From a virus, in the IMG/VR virus record IMGVR_UViG_3300027704_000008, positions 74,623 through 138,622 of that record: a stretch of DNA of 64,000 nucleotides. The stretch is one strand, 5' to 3'. The position numbers and the translations under genes were made by a program. Of the stretch, positions 58,097 to 64,000 are shown piece by piece (the stretch's first letter is position 1; the number at the start of each line of letters is the position of its first letter). Under the pieces are notes generated by a model. It did not search any database. It was not told the DNA's origin and was given only the letters and a program-made list of their open reading frames with translations.

Positions 58097-61000
58097 AAAC
58101 TTTACATGAGATTCGGGGGATAGATCGTGCGGGCGAAGATGGCGATGCCAAAGATTGCGACAGCAGCAACCCAGGTAAAACCAAAAAGATGGCAATGCTT
58201 GATAAAGAAATGTATAAAATGACAAACCGCATTAGTGGGCAAGATCGTGATGATGAGTCACAAAAATTAAGTACCGAATCTGTTGAGCAGGTTCTAAATA
58301 GACGAGCGCTGGATTTTGATGAAGCAAACCGCGGCAGTTCATCGAAGCACCCGCCGGTAAAGGTTGGTGACAAGTTTACCCACGCTAATGTCACTCGTGT
58401 TGTTACTAAGGTAACACCCAATGGCATCCAGGCTACTCACACAAACGGCACCAGCCGAAGTGTACATGATCATGGTTATGTTCAGAAGCAAATGGTTGAA
58501 CAGGTTGAGCATGAAGCATTCAACGAATTGATGGAAGCAAATTTACCCATAAACATGCTCGTAGGTCCAAATGGTGTTGGTGGTGGACAATCTCTTAAAT
58601 CAGCAGCAAAAAGTTTGATGAAAGATGCTTGGAGATCACTTACTGGTAAGCAGAAGAAAGTAATCGCCAAGGTTCATAAACTCACTCAAACAGATGACGA
58701 ACTCGGAAAGTTGTATCGTGATGGTTGGAAGGGTGGCGGTAACTCAATGAAACCTGGAGCGCGAAAAGCATTCGATGCCAGAGTAAAAGAGTTGGTGCCA
58801 AATGAAGAGGTGAGGGATTACGATGCTGCTTGGAAAAGCGTTAGAGATAAAGTTAAATCTGCCATGAAAGACCAGAACGAATCCGTTGAGCAGGTCGATG
58901 AGTTATCCGGTGACAAGCTTCACGATTATTTAAGCAAGTCAATGCGGGCATCAGATAACCACAACAACCGAATGAAGGATGCTCTCAAAGTAACTGGTAC
59001 AGCTAAAACAGCTAGCACGGTACGCAGAGCTCAGAGAGTGGCAAACAATCAAGCAAACAAGCGAACCAAACGAGAGCTTGGTATCCAGCAGGCATTGTGG
59101 AAACAAACCGGTAAAGCTAAAGTTAACGCAACAGAGGAAGTTGAAGTAATGAAAGAAGCTGCGGGCCAACCAACCGGGGTTCATATACATATGAAAGCTC
59201 CAAACGGCAAAATAACAAAAACTACATTTTTAGGAACCCATAGCGCCGTTGGTGGGGCTAAGAAACACATTGCTGGTCTTGAGAAGAAGGGACACACTGT
59301 ACACAAGAAAGAGCTTGCATTTGCAGAAGGGATGGATATGGAATATCCTAATGCAGCATCGCAGAAAACTCGTGCAGCAAAGAATGCAAAACTCATAGCA
59401 CGAAACAAACGCAACATGGCAACAGCAAAGCGCAAGGGTGTTAAATACGACGACAAAGAATATCGTCCAAGGTTCAACGAAGATGCCGAGCAGGTTGATG
59501 AAAGTGTGTTGAATGACATCCGTGACTTTATTGTTGCTGTTGGTGCCGCAATACCAACCAAGAAAAATAAAAGAAATGCTGAAAACCAGAAACTAGAAAA
59601 TGAAATTCGCATGGCAATGCAAGCAGACCCAGAGTTTGATGAGATAGTTAGGACTGTTGTCATGGTCAGGAAAGATGGCGTCCCTGCATTTAAAGCAAAT
59701 GGCCAAACAAAACTTTCTGCATATGTCAGGAAGACTGTTGATGCAAAGGTGGCAGCGAAACTCGGAACTCTACAGAAAGGTCACATAAGAACAATGGCCA
59801 GCGGAGAGAAGAGAGCTGTTAGTACACCATTTAACAAGAAAGAAAGAGAAGCGAGAGATGCTGGAAAGATAAAGTACGGGGACGATATGGAGCAGACCCA
59901 CCGTGTCACCGCACATAAAATTGGCAAGATAATCAAACAGGTAGCACAACGAGCACACGCTGCGCAGAAAAACGAATCTGTCGAGCGGGTTGACGAGAGT
60001 AGCAAGATGTATTGGCCAAAAAGAGACACAATCCTCCGTATCAATAAACAAAACAAAGATAGAAAGGCGCAAGCGTTTGCAGAAAAAGACCCAGAAATAC
60101 TTGATGATGCAGTTAGAGACATAAACCGCTACCTCAAGAAATCAAAGGGAAACCCAAAAACGCTCAGTGCATATGATACTAAATTCTACCAAAGTTCAAT
60201 AGGAAAAATTGAGAGGATCTCTGGTAAAACCGCTGCAAAGAAACAAGTGGCGCAGATAAAGAAGAAATATAAGGGCGTGAAGGAATCTGTTGAGCAGGTT
60301 GATGAAGCAGTAGACGTTGCAAAAGAAATTGAAACATACGCTCGCAGGGCAGGTGGTATTGATAAGAAGGATATGTTGAAAGTTGCCTCTCTGTTGAAAC
60401 GGGGCGACAAGAAAGCGGCAATCAAGTTTGCAAAGAGATTGGACTCAGACCCTCGTGACTTCCTGTTAAGTAAGATGAACGAAGATGCCGAGCAGGTTGA
60501 TGAACTCAGCGTAGACACTCTGTCTCGATACAACAGCAAAGCATCCAAAGACCCAAAACGTGCCAAGATGAACAACAAGGCAGTGGGTAAGATTGTCAAG
60601 AAGACAATGCAAGGCGCTGCGCAAGGAAAGCCCGCTTTTTTCTCGCAGCGCCTTCAAGGCGAATCTGTCGAGCAGGTTGATGAGTTGAGCAACAAACTCT
60701 TGAAGCGATATGACCGTAAGGCAGCAACCAGTGCAGCGAACCTGCGCAGGAAAATGGACAAAACTGTCGCCACTGTTCGTAAGAGCGCAAGTGGGTATGC
60801 AACTCAAAAGCAAGCATCGCGATTCACAAAGGCAATGGATAAGCATAGTAACCGTATGGACGGTCAAGATCGCTCACAGCAGATCAAACTCAAAAGGGCG
60901 CAGAAAGAATCTGTCGAGCAGGTTGATGAAGGATCGACAAAAAAGATCGGCAAAGAAATTGAAGATTATGCCAACAAACAAAAACGCATCGATCCAGAGG

Positions 61001-61200
61001 AAAAGAGGGACATATTGAAAGTTGCTGCTATGATGAAAAAGGGCGATAGCAAGGGTGCTATCAAGTTCGCAAAAAGTTATGCATCAATCCTTCCCGATTT
61101 TGTGGTTGCTAAAGTCAACCCAACGCAACTCGAACAGGTTGATGCTGTAAGAGAAGCTAGGATGAGACTCAAACAATTTATAAATAATAACAACAAATAG
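58093..61200 (+). CDS. 1035-aa modular basic protein with repeated ESVEQVDE linkers (candidate head-packaged polyprotein)
   Basis: linkers at 58276, 58879, 59479, 59974, 60283, 60481, 60661, 60907 plus degenerate copies. Confidence 0.8.
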   Translation: MKTLHEIRGIDRAGEDGDAKDCDSSNPGKTKKMAMLDKEMYKMTNRISGQDRDDESQKLSTESVEQVLNRRALDFDEANRGSSSKHPPVKVGDKFTHANVTRVVTKVTPNGIQATHTNGTSRSVHDHGYVQKQMVEQVEHEAFNELMEANLPINMLVGPNGVGGGQSLKSAAKSLMKDAWRSLTGKQKKVIAKVHKLTQTDDELGKLYRDGWKGGGNSMKPGARKAFDARVKELVPNEEVRDYDAAWKSVRDKVKSAMKDQNESVEQVDELSGDKLHDYLSKSMRASDNHNNRMKDALKVTGTAKTASTVRRAQRVANNQANKRTKRELGIQQALWKQTGKAKVNATEEVEVMKEAAGQPTGVHIHMKAPNGKITKTTFLGTHSAVGGAKKHIAGLEKKGHTVHKKELAFAEGMDMEYPNAASQKTRAAKNAKLIARNKRNMATAKRKGVKYDDKEYRPRFNEDAEQVDESVLNDIRDFIVAVGAAIPTKKNKRNAENQKLENEIRMAMQADPEFDEIVRTVVMVRKDGVPAFKANGQTKLSAYVRKTVDAKVAAKLGTLQKGHIRTMASGEKRAVSTPFNKKEREARDAGKIKYGDDMEQTHRVTAHKIGKIIKQVAQRAHAAQKNESVERVDESSKMYWPKRDTILRINKQNKDRKAQAFAEKDPEILDDAVRDINRYLKKSKGNPKTLSAYDTKFYQSSIGKIERISGKTAAKKQVAQIKKKYKGVKESVEQVDEAVDVAKEIETYARRAGGIDKKDMLKVASLLKRGDKKAAIKFAKRLDSDPRDFLLSKMNEDAEQVDELSVDTLSRYNSKASKDPKRAKMNNKAVGKIVKKTMQGAAQGKPAFFSQRLQGESVEQVDELSNKLLKRYDRKAATSAANLRRKMDKTVATVRKSASGYATQKQASRFTKAMDKHSNRMDGQDRSQQIKLKRAQKESVEQVDEGSTKKIGKEIEDYANKQKRIDPEEKRDILKVAAMMKKGDSKGAIKFAKSYASILPDFVVAKVNPTQLEQVDAVREARMRLKQFINNNNK
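61179..61186 (+). promoter_or_regulatory. T4-type late promoter
   Basis: TATAAATA 25 nt upstream of ATG 61211. Confidence 0.7.
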
Positions 61201-61210
61201 GATCAATCTC

Positions 61211-61555
61211 ATGGACGACTCTCCCGAACGACGAAGAGGTCACGCTGCCGAAATGGCCCGCCTCGATCGCATCGAATCTAAGATCGATCGTATGGCAGAA
61301 GCCCTAATTTCCTTAGCGAGGGCTGAGGAAAAGATAGCGGCTATTGAAGAGGATAGAGCCGATCAACGAAAAAGGGAATTATTTTATGAGCAGAAAATTG
61401 AATCCTTATCAGAAGATATACACACAATGAGTCAGAGACTCAACAAAAGCCAGAATACGTTTGATGTAATAGGTAAATTGTTCTGGGTAACTATAGTGGC
61501 TGTGGCTGGAGTAATGGCCGCCCGAATTATACCAGGACTAGGAATTGGAGCATAA
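61211..61555 (+). CDS. coiled-coil protein with C-terminal transmembrane helix
   Basis: RLDRIE.KID heptads; FWVTIVAVAGV. Confidence 0.7.
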   Translation: MDDSPERRRGHAAEMARLDRIESKIDRMAEALISLARAEEKIAAIEEDRADQRKRELFYEQKIESLSEDIHTMSQRLNKSQNTFDVIGKLFWVTIVAVAGVMAARIIPGLGIGA

Positions 61556-61556
61556 C

Positions 61557-62753
61557 ATGAACAGAGACGACATAGTAAAAATGGGACAGGTTTGGCAGTC
61601 TGTGATCGAGAAAAAGAAGCCTGCTGATGACAAGGTCGAAATGGACCCCGTTGGTCAGGGCGACGACGACATCGACAACGATGGCGATACAGACGCTTCA
61701 GATAGTTATCTGAAGAATCGTCGTAAAGCTATCAAGAAAAGTAAGATGGACGAAGCTAAGACTGACGGTGTAGCTCCAGGATCTCTTGAAAAAGATGGTC
61801 ACTTGTGCGCTAGCCGAATCTTTAAAGCTGGTGTCGGTGAAGGAACTCCTGTTATGGGAGAGCATGCTGAGCCAGACGAAGATGGTTTCATATCTTGGTA
61901 CAACGTTGATTTTGATAACGGCGTTTCTGGATCAGTGGAAATGGTTGATGAGGATGTTGTGGTACTTGACGAGATGTCTCATGGCAGCCACAAGAAAAAG
62001 AAAATGAAGAAAGAATCTGTCGAGCAGGTTGATGAAATCTCTCAGGGTATGAAGAATCGATACATCCAACGGGCAGCAATGTCGACAGCAAGTAATGCAC
62101 ATTCAGACGGTGTCAGCAAAACTGGCCGCGATAAGTTGAAGCATAAAGATAAAGTTTTGAACAGGTTGAGAGGAATCAACAGAGCAACCAAAGAAGAAGT
62201 CGAGCAGGATGATGAGATGATCGCCGATGGCCGTCAGTTCAAAATCCCGAGCAACTACACTCAGATGATGGCCAATAAAAAGAAAAAGGCGGCGAAGGCG
62301 GCGAGGTTGGCTACTACTGACACTCAAGAGAAAGAGCGTCAAAGAGCTGCTCATATGAAAGGTGAACGATCAGATGGCGGATACAAAGAGTCGACTGACC
62401 AAGAGTTCATTGATGACATAGCAAAAGCTATCGTAGCTGAAGGTATTAAGAAGCACCACTCAACCGCCTCCGCTTACGTTGCAATGGTAGAAGCAGCTGC
62501 AAACGACCGCGTCAAGCACTATAAGGGCGCCGCTAAGCCCGAAGGTCATCTTGACGCACTTCCGCAGAGCCAGAAGGACTTTATTAAGTCTCTCGAAAAG
62601 AAGGCTGATGTTACCGATGAGGAAGAAGAGATAGACAAGGACTCCAAAGATCAAAAGAAGGGTCTATCACAGTCCCCAACTCGTCGTGGCGAAAAGCGCA
62701 ATAGTGAAAAGATGGATCAACCTAAAGACACAACCAAGGCTAACACACCATGA
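61557..62753 (+). CDS. modular charged protein (scaffold/internal-like) with ESVEQVDE linkers
   Basis: DIDNDGD..D.YL.NRRKAI; linkers at 62013 and 62193. Confidence 0.7.
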   Translation: MNRDDIVKMGQVWQSVIEKKKPADDKVEMDPVGQGDDDIDNDGDTDASDSYLKNRRKAIKKSKMDEAKTDGVAPGSLEKDGHLCASRIFKAGVGEGTPVMGEHAEPDEDGFISWYNVDFDNGVSGSVEMVDEDVVVLDEMSHGSHKKKKMKKESVEQVDEISQGMKNRYIQRAAMSTASNAHSDGVSKTGRDKLKHKDKVLNRLRGINRATKEEVEQDDEMIADGRQFKIPSNYTQMMANKKKKAAKAARLATTDTQEKERQRAAHMKGERSDGGYKESTDQEFIDDIAKAIVAEGIKKHHSTASAYVAMVEAAANDRVKHYKGAAKPEGHLDALPQSQKDFIKSLEKKADVTDEEEEIDKDSKDQKKGLSQSPTRRGEKRNSEKMDQPKDTTKANTP

Positions 62754-63040
62754 TCAAAGCACCCAACTGGCAACCAAATGCAACACCCACTACTAGTGGG
62801 TGGGTGTATAAGGGTGAGCTAATAAAATCGCAGAGAATATCTGAATCAGACATCAATGCTTATAATGGAGTCGCTCCTACGCTATTACAAGAAGCTCCTT
62901 CCAATAATAAGTCTATGGAAGATATGTCTAAGAGAGAGATTAACGAGTTATCCTCTCACCACGACGTCGCTGTCCCTAAGAAGAAAAAAAGCCTCTTTGG
63001 CCGGAAGAAGAAAACTACTAAGAAAACTTTGTCAGAATAA
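62750..63040 (+). CDS. hypothetical protein
   Basis: coupled to upstream stop; IKAP.W...A.PT..GW. Confidence 0.65.
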   Translation: MIKAPNWQPNATPTTSGWVYKGELIKSQRISESDINAYNGVAPTLLQEAPSNNKSMEDMSKREINELSSHHDVAVPKKKKSLFGRKKKTTKKTLSE

Positions 63041-63057
63041 TAAGGTAATATTATATT

Positions 63058-63417
63058 ATGGTTGGCAACAACAAGCTCACGCGCGATAACTTTTTGTTGT
63101 ATGCTGCTCAAAATTACTATAGTTTAGATAAAGACGAATTTGATACAGACCTGAAGAGATTCAAGTACATCAAGCGATTGTTTAATCGATATAGTGAAAC
63201 CGGTAAGTTATCAGAGAGATTGATTCTTAACCACCTGATTGTATTATTTAACGTATTCACTGTGCCAGCAGCACTAAAAATGTTGGAGCTTAGAATAGAA
63301 CCTCAGCATTGGTCTGCTTTAAAACCGTACCTCATTTTTTTGCAGACAATTGACAATAATCAATACACCGGCATACCACAAGACATGAATGTCGTAAACG
63401 CTCTTAGGAAGATATAA
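63058..63417 (+). CDS. conserved T4-like hypothetical protein
   Basis: NF.LYA...Y, DLKRFKYIKRL, ERLILNH. Confidence 0.8.
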   Translation: MVGNNKLTRDNFLLYAAQNYYSLDKDEFDTDLKRFKYIKRLFNRYSETGKLSERLILNHLIVLFNVFTVPAALKMLELRIEPQHWSALKPYLIFLQTIDNNQYTGIPQDMNVVNALRKI

Positions 63418-64000
63418 TGGGAATTTTAACACGCGCAGGAGATCTAGTATACACCTTTAGGTTTCTACGGCTCCTGACCACTTCATTTAAAGATACTACG
63501 GCGTTTAAGCTGGGTATCATTGATGACTCCGGTAAGAGAGACAAGTCTATTAAGCTCGATAATGATGAGAAAAGGTCCGCGTATAATTTATTCCACAGAC
63601 TTGTTTTTAACTTAAAGAAGCTCATGTCTAAAGTGCCTGGTGGCGGTTCTAAGATTGCCTCATACGCGGCTGCTCTAATGTTGATAAAAGAACATGGTGA
63701 GCTATCTGACGAAACCATGGACGATCTGATAGAGAAGATGGAAATTGACACTCGTGTAATGTTTGAGGAAAATAACAATTGGTTAATCACTGAAGATGAG
63801 ATGTTGTCGCCAGGCGTATATCGTGTCACGTGTCCCAAAGTTGTGAACTCAACATGCGAGCAGTTAGTCAACGCCCGTGATCAAGTCCGCATAACACAAG
63901 ATTGTTATCCAGCCGATCATATCGGAGGTGTTCCGGTGTATAATGCTGTACACCTGACTTCCGGACAAGGCATATATGTAACTGCTGGAGAGCTCACTAA
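63417..64000 (+). CDS. conserved T4-like hypothetical protein (runs off window; not in ORF track)
   Basis: MGILTRAGDLVYTFRFLRLL...LGIID..G...FHRLVFNLK...ASYAAAL. Confidence 0.75.
   Translation, partial: MGILTRAGDLVYTFRFLRLLTTSFKDTTAFKLGIIDDSGKRDKSIKLDNDEKRSAYNLFHRLVFNLKKLMSKVPGGGSKIASYAAALMLIKEHGELSDETMDDLIEKMEIDTRVMFEENNNWLITEDEMLSPGVYRVTCPKVVNSTCEQLVNARDQVRITQDCYPADHIGGVPVYNAVHLTSGQGIYVTAGELT

Noticed and set aside
58276-61140. CRISPR array interpretation of the 23-nt repeats
   Set aside because: Spacers are 180-600 nt, unequal, all in frame within one ORF; repeat is not palindromic; no cas genes
620-63871. Minus-strand ORFs in the supplied track
   Set aside because: They overlap well-supported + strand genes or promoters and show no recognisable motifs
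1-64000. Alternative genetic code or stop-codon reassignment
   Set aside because: Core genes are full length under the standard code and end in TAA, TGA and TAG

Overview
64 kb of a T4-like (Tevenvirinae-related, probably aquatic/marine) myophage genome; essentially all real genes are on the + strand and the minus-strand ORFs are shadows. 1-15.3 kb: T4 core replication/recombination module (uvsW, gp55, gp47, gp46, gp45, gp44, gp62, regA, hsp20, gp43, an AEP-like primase-polymerase, dCMP deaminase, uvsX, gp40-like, gp41). 15.7-26.3 kb: nucleotide metabolism with a split 7-deazaguanine DNA-modification kit (QueD, QueE, PRTase, FolE, a second QueD-like T-fold protein, a TGT/DpdA-like protein, DUF3310-like and dUTPase-fold proteins, ThyX). 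26.4-35.2 kb: accessory genes, a tandem BspA/DUF285 duplication and a circularly permuted two-piece tmRNA gene. 35.2-54.2 kb: hypervariable early region of small ORFs driven by a repeated composite promoter cassette (IHF-consensus site + 12-16 bp palindrome + sigma70 promoter). 54.2-64 kb: late cluster of probable head-packaged proteins, including a 1035-aa protein built of basic modules separated by a DNA-conserved ESVEQVDE linker. All functional calls come from visual motif recognition; no database searches were run.
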